Program-made: the position numbers and the translations under genes
Source of the DNA: the human T2T-CHM13v2.0 reference genome, Homo sapiens
NCBI RefSeq assembly: GCF_009914755.1
Contig: NC_060943.1
Strand: one strand, 5' to 3'
DNA: 64,000 nucleotides
Shown here: in pieces, positions 31,301 to 59,942 of the stretch
How the letters are laid out: the number at the start of each line of letters is the position of its first letter
Position numbering within the stretch: the first letter of the stretch is position 1
The notes under the pieces: generated by a model
Told to the model about the DNA's origin: nothing
Databases searched by the model: none
What the model saw: only the letters and a program-made list of their open reading frames with translations

Positions 31301-31684
31301 TTGAACTAGCTTTTTAATCCATAAAATGACACCTGGGTGTGCGAGACCCGGCTGACATTGGCTGATGGTGTGCATCTTCCCAACTCTGTGTTCAGGGATA
31401 TCAGGCTGACATCTCTAAGTCACAGGTAGGGTATTTACATCACGGAAAGTGGCAAATGCTACAGCTGAGGCCCCTTCCTCTCTCCTGCCCAATGTTCATA
31501 TTGACTGGGATAATTGTCCCTGCCTCCCAGGGTTATCGTTTCAAGGGTTTCTTGGTCTGGTGAGCATCGTATGAGCAGATACATACCTGGAAAGCCTCAG
31601 CTTGGTGCAGCACCTTGCAGCAGCTAACATTTGACAAGTAGTACGGCCCTACTCACCTCTGGACCTCTGGACACGGGGCAGATG

Positions 31685-32040
31685 TGGGGAGGAGGGGCCG
31701 AGGAGGGGGCGGGGCCGAGGAGGAGGAGGTGGGGCTTGAGGACGGGGAGGGGTGTCGAGGAGGGGGAGGCGGGTCCCAAGGAGTAGGAGGCAGAGTTTAG
31801 CAGGAAAAGGCATGTCCTGAGGAGGAGGAGGGGGCAGGGCTGAGGTGGAGGAGGTGGTTCCTGAGGATGAGGAGGTAGGGCTGAGAAAGAAGAGGCGGGG
31901 CCGGGGGGGAAGGGGAGGCCGAGGGGGAGGAGGTGGGGCTCAGGAGGAGGAGGCGGGGCAAGAAGGAAGCGGCGGGCCTGGATGGGGGAGGCGGGACCAG
32001 GGAGGGGGAGGCGGGACCAGGGAGGGGGAGGCGGGACCGA
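31685..32040 (+). repeat. G/A-rich low-complexity tract ending in 3 x 20-bp repeat (GGAGGGGGAGGCGGGACCAG)
   Basis: read directly; period-20 repeat at 31981-32040. Confidence 0.85.
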
Positions 32041-32475
32041 GTAACAAGAAGGTGGGACGGGATGAGTGGTGGGCTTTGGTGTGTGCCAGGTGGAGTAGCT
32101 GTTTCAGCCGCACCCAGGTGGATTTAGAGGCTCCACCAGCTGGGCCCAGCAAAGCCTTCTGGACTAACTGGTTCCTGAGAACAGAGGAGGGTTGACAGCC
32201 TTGAGTGAGGGCGGTGCTTGGAAAGGCCTTGCGACTCTGATAAGGTGGTTGGGTTTGGTCGGGAATCCTGCACTTTCATTGACAAGCCTGGCTGCGTGAG
32301 AAAGGCCAGAGACCTTGAGCTAGTTGGTCAAGTTCAGGCTGGGTCTTAACACCTTCTTGCTGATACTGATAGTGGCAGCTGAGAATGTTTTAATACCTGG
32401 GACATTTCCTGCGGCAGCCAGAATATAGTAATCTTCCTAGTAAATTACGGTGAATATAGTGCTTAATTATCAGTG

Positions 32476-39660
<7,185 letters not shown>

Positions 39661-41023
39661 GTTTTGAACCATTGACACATCAGAATCTAGGAACTGCGGT
39701 GTCCTTTTCACTCCTTCCCTTCTCTGTTCCCTCCCTGGTCCAAGCACCTGAGTCTCTGCCCTGAGTTGTTTCTAAGCCTCTCACCACTGTCTCTGAAGCC
39801 ACATTTGCTCCCTTACTGTTCCTCTGTCCCCAGCAGAGAGATGATTCTTCAAGAAACCAAAGCAGCCTGTGGCATTCCAGCGATTCCTCATTGCTCAAGG
39901 GTAAAACCTAAAGCACTTGTCTTGGCTCTGCTCCAGCCTGCTGCTTAGCTGCTCCCCCTAAAATTTACTCTGTTCCAGCCTCCGGGTGTCACCCGCTTCC
40001 CCAAAGCTCTGTGCTACCCCAGGGCCTTTGCATTCCCCGCCAGGGAGCCTCATGCTGGCCCTCAGCTGAAATCCCATTTCCTCAGCAGGGTCCTCCCGGG
40101 CACACCCACTGTGGCCCTCTGGGCCCTCTGCACCGCTGTCTCCTCTCCACAGCTCCTGGTACATCGTGACCCCGTATTATGTAATAGGTGCTTTGTTCAT
40201 GTCCCCTTGAGCACCAGCAAGCCTAGGGGGTGGGGGGGATAGCCTCTCTCAGTCGTGCGCACTGTCATATCCCGGCCCTTGGATCGCTGCCCGCACGCTC
40301 TTGTTACACCCGCCTGACTGCCATTCATCACTGAGCCCAGCAGCTGGCACAGGCAGGCCCGACGCAGCAAGGGGCACAGTCCGTGTTGGTTGCGTGCATG
40401 GCGAGTGCAAACTGCACAGTTAGCAGAAAAGGTTTTTGGGAGTGACAGACACCCCTGCACACGGTTGAGCCCTTTGTAGGTCTCCGTGTGACAAGTACAT
40501 CCCTGCTGTGCTTGGGAAAGGGCTGCGGCTTGGGAAAGGGCTGTGTGGGTTCCCCGGCTTCTTCCTGCTGTCCCCGAGGAGCATCGGAAATGGGTCACAA
40601 CGCAGCAGGTAACCGCAGCCTCCCTCAGGCAGAGCTGAGTGGCTCAGTATTCCATCCAAGGCCTGATCAGAGCTCCTCTGGGCCACATAGAGCCCCCAGG
40701 ACATGGCTGGACTAGGAGTTGGGACCCTGATCTCCCTTCCTGGCTGGGTCACGCCCGCCATGCCACTGACTCTTGGGGGACCTGCCTGGAAGGTGAGGAA
40801 GTGATCCATGCTAGCTCGTCCCTGGGGACCAAGTCCTTCTGCACCTGGGGTGGTCACAAATCTGCTTTCAGAAAAATCATGGGGGCGGCGCTGGGGGCTA
40901 CTCAGCTGGGAAATCATTACAGACATTTCCGATCATAGATCACACTGAAAGTTTTTGGGCATCTAACTCAGAAGGAATTCTAGATTTGGGATTTTTTTTT
41001 TTGCTCTGAGAAAACTCCACCCT

Positions 41024-47555
<6,532 letters not shown>

Positions 47556-49505
47556 AGTCTTTTTCTTATAGGGCCTGGGTGAGGCCTGGGTGGCAGTCTC
47601 AGCATAGTCCTAGGTACAGGGTGAGCATCTGATAGATGTCACGTCTGAATGAAACGGGCCAGATCAGCGTCGCTCTGGGTGGGCCAGTGCTCCTCGGAGG
47701 CCCTGAGGGCACAACCGCAGGGATGGGTGTAGGCTGTGGGTACCACTGAGAATGGGGGGCAGGCCCAGGGCTGAGACCCAGGTTCTCCAACTTCCCACTG
47801 TGTTTGTCTTGTGCCATATTCATCCTCTATGAATGGCTGTGGCTGCTCGCCCAAGCCAGGAGCTCGTGCGTCCGATGACCATCTTCCAAGGCTGGATTGC
47901 TACCTGCTCGCTCGGGGCTCTGCTGGATGGGAACAGCAGCTCCAGCTTCTCCGGGTCCCGGGCTACCGCTGCCTCTGCACCTGGCCCTGGCCTCGGATCC
48001 GAGAGCCCAGAGACATTGGCATTGAGACCCTGGCACCTCTCGTCTTGCCAGCACAGGTAGAAGACAGGAGCAGAGCGGTCCAGGGACCTGGGAGTGGGAG
48101 GTCAGCCACTCTCAGCCCTTCCTCCCCACCCTGGGTGACATTCTGCTTCCACTGTGGCGCCTCGGGGAGGCTGGTGCAGCCGCCCCCGGGTGCCACTGAG
48201 AAACGAGGTCATACACTGAGGCCACTGGGGAAGGTGGTATTTCTGGCCGAGCAGGTGTGGCCTGTGCAGGGTTCCTGGCAGCTGAGCCCTAGGTCTTCTC
48301 AGCCATCCTGGCATTAGCAGGTTGACTTGATATTTCTGGAAGTGGGAAGGAAAGGGAGCCGAGAGGGCTGAGCCGCTGAGCCGGAGTCCAGATGAATGTG
48401 CCGGAGTCTCTGCATTTGTGATGGGGGCGAGGTGATGGGGGCGAGGTGGCCGGCGTGGCTCTGGGCATGATCGGGCCAGGCCTCCGACCTCTATGCTGGG
48501 CATTGGCTGGACAGGGAGCTCAGGCGATGAGTGCAGCAGCGCTTGTGCCCGGCGCGGGGATGGTGAGTGCCTGGCTGGCCAGCTGCAGGACCTGTCAGGC
48601 CCTTTGTGTCTTTACCTGGGGCCCTGGTTGCACTGACCAGGGCTCGCACCCCCAGCCAGGCCTCTTGTGCCCCAGACTCGGGAGATGCTTCCTACCAGGA
48701 AGTGCAGTCCCCTGCGGGGTCCGAGAGAGCCTGCCGGAGCTTTGAGCTCAACAGGTGGGCTGTGCGGCACCACATCAGCTCTGCAAGGGGGCCCTGGAGG
48801 CCCATGTGTGGTGGGGTATGGCCTGGCTTTCAACATGCATGCGTGGTCTTCTGGGCTCTGGGATTTACTGCTTAGATCTTGGCCTCTTCATCTGTGAAAC
48901 GGAGCTAATGGCTCCTGCTCCCTCCGGCTGCTGCAGGAGAGATGTCTGGGAAGCTGTGGCAGTTCCAGCCCCGGGCAGGGAACGTGAAATAACTGTTGGT
49001 CGCTGTTCTCACTCATCACCATTAGGCAGGTCACGTCCTAGGACACACAGAAGTTTCAGGTTCATAAGCCATGGGAGATGAGGCCGGCCCAGAATCCAAG
49101 CTTCCCCCTCTGGCCCGGGTCTGCCCCTCTTCTGGGGCTGAGAGGGCAGGCAGGTGCCTTGCTGGGTCCTGTGGTGTGGACTCTGCCGCCAGCAAGGCCA
49201 TTGAACCTGCTTGTTTACAGCCGGGAGAGGACTGGGAAGCACCAGTCTTGGCTTGTTTGTGAAGCTGGGGAAGCCGAAGCTCCAGAGGCCTTCTGTGCAT
49301 GGCTGTGTGTGCCAGGCCTTCAGGCTGCGCCTCCAGGGGATGAGCAGGAATTGCAGGCTCAGCTCTTCCAGCCTTGGCCCAGGTGGTGCCTGCTCCTCCC
49401 TCCTTCCCTGTACCTCTCATCCCCACACCCACTCCACTCTCAGGCCACACCCACTCTTCACCTCCACATCTGTCCAGAATTTCACTGCTTGTCTCTGCCT
49501 TGTGC

Positions 49506-52802
<3,297 letters not shown>

Positions 52803-53914
52803 ATATTTATCCTTAATAAGATTTATCCTAAACTGGGGATGATTACGGTAACCCTGTCAGATGGCAGCTGGGGACAGCCCACTTTGCCATGAGTAGATGG
52901 AAGTTCAGAGAGGTTGGGTAACTTGCCCAGGGCCACACAGCCAGGAAATGGGCAGGTCTGCTTCTCTGGGTTGTTCACCCACCAGGCGGGCGGGTTCCCA
53001 GGAGCTGTGACAAGTGCTTAGACAACGAGAGCCCCCCTTTTCACTCCTCCTGCCCCCATTAGTAATATCTTCATGACCACAAAGACAGTGAAGACGGGCT
53101 CTGTTGCTTGCGGCACTCCCCTCTGGGCTTGGGAGGCACAAACCTCGCCCCTGCTCCCTCTTGCAGGGTGCGCTTCACGCCGCACCGTGTGTCCTGGCTC
53201 TTGGCTCTGCCCTGACCTCGTGCTGCGACGAGTTGCTGTTGGCTGGGCCCCGGGAATCTTGGGCCTCCTGGTGAGAATTCCTCTCAGGCTAGTGGAACTG
53301 TCATCACAGAGCCACAGGCCGGCAGAGCCACCAGCCTGTGCCCCAGGCCAGAGCGCCTGCCTGTCTGCCCGTTCCTGCCCTCTCCCTGCCCGTCGTGCCT
53401 GAGGCTATGTGGTCTCACCCCTTGCCCGTGGCCAGTGCTGGGACCTCGCTGACACCAGTAGCCCCCCTCCCACAGGTATCCCTTCATCCACCCAGAGCAT
53501 CTCAGCCCCTCCCAGCCCCTCCGAGTGGCTCCGTGGGCTTCCTCAGAAGGTCCTGTCTGTCCTCCCTGCCTCACCGCTTCTCCTGGAGATGGGGCCAGAG
53601 CCTGCCACCTCCCCGTCTGTGCTCAGGATCCCCTGCCTGGGGCTCTGTTCAGCAGCTGCCTGTACCCTCTGCAGCCCTGGGCTTCCCCTGGGAGCCCCTG
53701 CCCCCTGTTGGCCTCAGGCCTGGGCAGGCGTGTGTGTGTGTGGCAGGCACAGAGCAGAGATTGGGGTGGCAGTGGGGTGTGGGGCGCGGAGCCCTCGATG
53801 AGGTCTCACATTAGGCCCTCCCTCTGAGGGGTGGGGAACCTCTCCTGCTCCTCCCACCCGACTGTTTTTATTTTGATGGGTATGTGGGGCCTGTTTGTTA
53901 CCCCTCACCCCTTT

Positions 53915-54695
<781 letters not shown>

Positions 54696-56907
54696 TCATC
54701 CTGCCCAGGTGGCCCTAGCCTTGGGCATTCTTGTCTGTAGGGGCCCCTAGGTGCTGCCTTGCAGCCCGGTCTTACCTCCTTGCAGGTTTGGGCGTCTCCT
54801 CTCCTTGGGCCTCAGGCTGGCCTGGGCACCACTGCTGCAGCTGTGAGCGTGGCCCCTCTCTCGCTACCCCCTCCTGCCGCAGCCCGGCGTCCTCTCCCAG
54901 CAGCTAGCCGGGACCCCGATGGCCGTACTCTCCCTCTTGGGCCCTGGTTTGGTGCCCAGGTTGGGGGGAGCAGCGTAGGATTTCACCCCTCCCACTAGCA
55001 GCTGGCTGGACAGGGAGAGGGGCTGGTTGTATTTTAAGCTGTTGAGTGGTTCAGCAGGAACTCGGAGGCCTTCTCTCCCTGTGGACGCTAGGCTGCCTTC
55101 CTACAGGCCACACGGGCTTGGAAGCATGTGGGCACTGCCTTCCTGGGGCCCAGGAACTATTAATATACCTGCAGCCACAGGGCAGGCCCCGTGCCCGCCC
55201 AGGGCCCTGCTGTGCTAACCCTTTCCCGTGGATCCCGCCCCGTGTCCTCTGTCCCTATCCTACATATCCCCTTGGTGGGGCCCAACGTCCTGCGTGGTGT
55301 GACCGAGCTCTTTTTTTCTGTCCCCTCCATGTGCCAGCTCTTTGGCCTTGTTATCGCTGTGGCTTGGAGGAGTTCAGTAACCTTCCCCTAGAGGCCACAA
55401 GGCCAGGCAGTGCCTGGAGTTGACAGCAGGGACTCAGGAGGCCCCGTGGGCCAGGATTTCCTGGCTGCTGGGCCCATTCCCACCCTCCTGTCCAGGAAGT
55501 GGGGGCGAGTGTGTCATGGCTGGGGAAATAGGCCCCCATGCTGTGGTGACTGCCAGGCCAGCAGGGGAGTGGGGATCTGAACCAAACCCACGGGCAACAA
55601 TGCCTCCTATCCCATGGGGTGCCTCCCATCTGTCAGGGGTCACCTAGTGTACCCCATGCATTGTCTCAGGGGACCGTCACAGTCCTGGGAGGTAGTCTGC
55701 TTCCTACCTGCCCCCTTCTGAGGCCTAGAGAGAGGTGACATGCCTGGGGTCCCCCAGGGACTACAAGGCAGGGCTGGTTACGGTTCCCGAGTGCAGGCCA
55801 CCAAGCCCCCTTGTCTCCCGCTGTCGTTGGGAATGTGCAGGAGGGGTACCCAGCTTCTCTGGCTTGACCGTGGTGCCCTCATCTTCAGGATGGGCCCTAG
55901 CTGCCGTGGCCCGGTCTCCCTGGGCTCTGGGTGGGTGGGCCTGCCCTGGGATGGCCCCAGCCCAGAGGTTTGTTTCTGAGCATTGTGTCCTGCTCCTTTT
56001 CCTCAGGCAGCCTCTGGGGGCCCCCGCTGGGTTTCTGTGGGTAGGAAGGGTCCCCCAAGAATTGCTGGCTGGTGGCTGACTTGGGATCAGGCCTGCCCGC
56101 TTGCCACGACCCCTGTATAATAGGATTGCACTGACCCCTGCATAGGGTGGGTCAGATCCCCGGGGGCTGCCTCCCTCCAGCCCTGCCCCTCTGCACCCCC
56201 ATCGTTCATCACTGGCCTGGGGGCTCAGGGAGGGCTGGGCCAGACTCCTACCTCAGGGGCTGGCACAGGCCTGGCTCTTGGACGCAGGAAGCGCCGGGCT
56301 TTAGTGGGGCGCAGGTCCTGGGTGAGGGTGCAGTGTTTGGGCTGACTCAGTGGAAAGCCTGCCCCACAGGTGGCTATAAGGTGAGAAGTGGGTGGGGAGG
56401 AAGGTTGGGGAGACCTCATCAGCCCAAGCTGGAGGCGGTTGCCTAAAACTTCCACACACCCCGATCCTTTCCACACTTCGAGAGAGGCTCTCTGCACCCA
56501 TAACTCCAGAATCTGTCACCTCCCTGGTAACACAAATGCACAAGGAAAATAATCCAAAGTGTCTCTTACAGCTCAGAAGGGGAAATGGATGATCTGTCTC
56601 GCGGATTCTCAAAATAGCTGGGATTTCTCGAAGCCCAGTGAACTCCCTAGGCCTGAGCTGCGGGCTGGGGCCTGCACGGCCTGCTGGCCTCTCACTCTCC
56701 TCCAGCCACTGGCTCTGTGCAGGGCGGGGGCTGGGAGGTGTCGTCATGCCTGCCCCTGGGGCTTTCCCTGTGCTGGTGCCGTTGAGGGTTTTGAGGTGAC
56801 CACTCAAAAGCTGCTTTCAGGGCAGCCTGGCTCCCCGGGGAGACTCCCAAGCCCCCCTCAGAGAAGGTCTGTGGCATGGCTCCTGGGGGGCGCAGTCTGG
56901 GGTGGTT

Positions 56908-56917
56908 TTATATTTAG
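56908..56917 (-). promoter_or_regulatory. MEF2 consensus site CTAAATATAA
   Basis: exact YTA(A/T)4TAR match, an isolated AT island in GC-rich DNA ~225 nt upstream of ATG 57141. Confidence 0.6.
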
Positions 56918-57140
56918 CTGGGCTGTGGCTGTGGTTGCCACTCGGGTTACATCTGGCACAGAAGTCGGCAGTGCCAGGGCCGGCACGGGCTCCTTTCCAG
57001 CACCGCGGCAGAATTTGATCGCGCTTGCCCGGCCCAGGGCTGCTTCCCGTGGGGAGGTCGGTGGTGGGGGCTGACGGCCGGCAGCTGGGGCTGCTGGCCA
57101 CCGTGGGCAGAGCCGAGTGGCAGGGCTGGTGGCAGGCGGC

Positions 57141-57320
57141 ATGGACTTGAACTTGAGCTTGTTGGCCCGGGAGGCCACCCCAGGCCTCCTCCCTGGCCTC
57201 AATGGGCTCCCCAGGCCCACACCCCCAAAGGTGGCCAAGAAACCTAAAAAGGCTGTTCTCTTCTTCGAGGTGGAGATTCTGGACGCAAAGACAAGGGAGA
57301 AGCTGTGTTTCTTGGACAAG
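57141..57320 (+). CDS. TECR: Putative alternative first coding exon of TECR (5'-extended exon 2, 43-aa N-terminal extension)
   Basis: ggcATGG Kozak; open frame MDLNLSLLARE...RPTPPKVAKKPKKAVLFFE continuous with exon 2; in-frame stop upstream at 57072. Confidence 0.7.
57270..57320 (+). CDS. TECR: TECR exon 2 (VEILDAKTREKLCFLDK)
   Basis: acceptor ttcttcgag|GTG, donor AAG|gtagga; 51 nt. Confidence 0.97.
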
Positions 57321-57950
57321 GTAGGACTGGGGCGTGGGCTGCACTGGGCCAAGGGCACTGGGCCCGGGACCCCAATCCTTATAGCCCAGGAGCTGTCCAG
57401 TGGGGCCCTTTGTGCCCCACCCCCTGCCCTATGGAGGGGTATGCCCTCACTTGGGGTAGGGTGGATAGCCATGTCCCCTGGGTGTGGCGGGGAAATGGAG
57501 GCACAGGAGTCTCAGTGGACCCTGCGGGGATTTTGGTCCTGGGAGGGCGGTGGAGGAGTGAGCCTTGCCCCTGCTGAGGCCGGGCCTGGGGGAAGGGGCT
57601 TGCGCTGTCCCTGGGGAGGACAGAGGGCCTTTGCTCCTGGGAGAGTCATGGGTGAGAAGTGGAGAGGAGGGGCAGAGAAGCAGGCTTGCCTTCCCATGCT
57701 TAATCCGCCACTAGCCGGGCTGGGGGCCTGCTGGCTGAGGGTAAAAGTGGAGCCCCAGACTCCTGCTGTCACTGCACTGGCAGGGCCCTCGGTGGTCCTT
57801 CCCTGACTGCAGGCAGAGGCCTGGACCCCAGCCCTTCCCCCTTCCCATAGCTACAGCCCAACCCCCAGCCTGCCATCCCCTTTAGTACCTCCCCATCCTG
57901 AGTCTGGGCTCCCCGCAGAGCTGACGTCCCTGCGCCTGTGCTTCCCCCAG

Positions 57951-58002
57951 GTGGAGCCCCACGCCACCATTGCGGAGATCAAGAACCTCTTCACTAAGAC
58001 CC
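57951..58002 (+). CDS. TECR: TECR exon 3
   Basis: VEPHATIAEIKNLFTKT; cag|...|gtgagt; 52 nt. Confidence 0.97.
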
Positions 58003-58402
58003 GTGAGTTCTAGTCCCGGCCACACTGCCCCTGCAACCCCTTTGACCAGGGACCTTAGGGTGGGAGGGATCCCATCCTGCACCCCTCTCCCAGGGGCCTG
58101 CAGAGATGCCCCAGTGTGGCCCAGGCTTCTGGGGCGTGACTGGGGCAGGCGCCTCCACGTGGCACTCTGCAGGAACGCCCTTGCTAGGCTCTGGGAAGGA
58201 CAAGATCCTGCTTCTGCCCGCGCTCTTCTGGCTTGTGTCCTGAAACCGCACAAGCCTGAGGGTTTGCCCCCAGGTGGGAGGAGCTGTGGAGTCCTGGGGT
58301 CCTTGCACCCTGGGAACCCTGAGAAGCTGGCACAGTGGCTGGGCAGCGGACCGGCTGAGCCCTGCCAGGCTGTGGGCTGTAACTGCCCTGTTCTCCCCGC
58401 AG

Positions 58403-58447
58403 ATCCGCAGTGGTACCCCGCCCGCCAGTCCCTCCGCCTGGACCCCA
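58403..58447 (+). CDS. TECR: TECR exon 4
   Basis: (H)PQWYPARQSLRLDP; 45 nt; GT-AG boundaries. Confidence 0.97.
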
Positions 58448-58544
58448 GTGAGTACAGCTGTCCACTCGGCCCGCCCCCTGGGCTCCTGGGTGGCAGTGGG
58501 AGAAGGCCCGGGTAGCCCCTGAGCCCTGGCCCGCCTCTCTGCAG

Positions 58545-58648
58545 AGGGCAAGTCCCTGAAGGATGAGGATGTTCTGCAGAAGCTGCCCGTGGGCACCACG
58601 GCCACACTGTACTTCCGGGACCTGGGGGCCCAGATCAGCTGGGTGACG
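58545..58648 (+). CDS. TECR: TECR exon 5
   Basis: (K)GKSLKDEDVLQKLPVGTTATLYFRDLGAQISWVT; 104 nt. Confidence 0.97.
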
Positions 58649-58726
58649 GTGAGTCCTGACCCTACCCACGGCCTCTTTTCCCGTCAGCCACGTTGGGTGA
58701 CTCATCTTGCCCCCCTCTACTCTCAG

Positions 58727-58842
58727 GTCTTCCTAACAGAGTACGCGGGGCCCCTTTTCATCTACCTGCTCTTCTACTTCCGAGTGCCCTTCATCTATGG
58801 CCACAAATATGACTTTACGTCCAGTCGGCATACAGTGGTGCA
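58727..58842 (+). CDS. TECR: TECR exon 6
   Basis: VFLTEYAGPLFIYLLFYFRVPFIYGHKYDFTSSRHTVV; 116 nt. Confidence 0.97.
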
Positions 58843-58926
58843 GTAAGTGGGGCAGGTGGGAGGAGGGTAGGGGAAGGCAGAAGACCTGCCGGACCAGCCC
58901 CAGCTGAGCCTGCTCCCCCCGACCAG

Positions 58927-59032
58927 CCTCGCCTGCATCTGTCACTCATTCCACTACATCAAGCGCCTGCTGGAGACGCTCTTCGTGCACCGCTTCTCCC
59001 ATGGCACTATGCCTTTGCGCAACATCTTCAAG
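58927..59032 (+). CDS. TECR: TECR exon 7
   Basis: LACICHSFHYIKRLLETLFVHRFSHGTMPLRNIFK; 106 nt. Confidence 0.97.
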
Positions 59033-59039
59033 GTGAGAG

Positions 59040-59445
59040 CCCGTCCCCGCCTCACCCCTAAGCCCCGCCTTTCTGCCCCACCCCGCCCCGCCCCCACCGA
59101 GCCCCACCCCAAGGCCCTTCCTGTCTGCCACTACGCCCCGGCAGAGCCCTACCCCTAGGCCCCGCCTAACCTCCCCAGCCCCGCCCTCGCAGAGCCTCTA
59201 GACCCCGCCCGTCCTCCCCAGCCCCGCCCCCGTCGGGCCCCTAGGCCTATCCACCCTAGTCCCACCCCTAGGCACCGCCTATCCCCCCAGCCCCGCCCCT
59301 GCAGAGCCCCGCCCCAGTTTCACCCCTAGGCCCCTCCTGTCCACCACGCCCTCACAGAGCCCTGCCCTAGCCTCACCCCTTGGCCCCGCCTATCCTCCCC
59401 AGCCCCGCCCCAAGGCCCCTCCTGTCCTTTCCCACCATGCTCCCA
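59040..59445 (+). repeat. Degenerate C-rich repeat array (about a dozen CCCCGCC units) in TECR intron 7
   Basis: recurrent CTAGGCCCCGCCT..CCTCCCCAGCCCCGCCC motif. Confidence 0.75.
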
Positions 59446-59526
59446 GGCCCCTCGGGATGAGACATGGGCAGCATCTGCCTTGTCCGGTGCTGGCCCAAGT
59501 CCCATCCCTGCCCTGCTCCCTTTCAG

Positions 59527-59599
59527 AACTGCACCTACTACTGGGGCTTCGCCGCGTGGATGGCCTATTACATCAATCACCCTCTCTACACTCCCCCTA
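59527..59599 (+). CDS. TECR: TECR exon 8
   Basis: [24 protein letters not shown]; 73 nt; Pro182 codon CCT at 59581. Confidence 0.97.
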
Positions 59600-59689
59600 G
59601 TAAGTGGCCTCAGACCATCCTTCCCTCCCCCACGGTCCCCACCCAGCGGGTCCTCCCCTCATGGGCTCCCCTCCCTGCTTCCTCTTCAG

Positions 59690-59733
59690 CCTACGGAGCT
59701 CAGCAGGTGAAACTGGCGCTCGCCATCTTTGTG
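59690..59733 (+). CDS. TECR: TECR exon 9
   Basis: [14 protein letters not shown]; 44 nt. Confidence 0.97.
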
Positions 59734-59806
59734 GTAAGGAGGCTGGGTGTGGGGACGGGGTCGGGGGAGTCTGGGCGGCCCTAGGCTGATCCTGCTTCTC
59801 TGACAG

Positions 59807-59864
59807 ATCTGCCAGCTCGGCAACTTCTCCATCCACATGGCCCTGCGGGACCTGCGGCCCGCTG
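59807..59864 (+). CDS. TECR: TECR exon 10
   Basis: ICQLGNFSIHMALRDLRPA; 58 nt. Confidence 0.97.
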
Positions 59865-59942
59865 GTGAGTGCCTGCTGGGGGCAGGGGGACAGCTGGGCT
59901 GGGTGAGGGGGTCTGACTTTCTCCTTCTGTCCTGCCTGCCAG

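Noticed and set aside
31845-32195. 116-aa acidic/Gly-rich ORF
   Set aside because: Translation of a low-complexity G/A tract with a non-ATG start
57882-58705. 170-240 aa minus-strand ORFs across TECR exons 3-5
   Set aside because: Antisense shadows of GC-rich exons and introns with no family resemblance
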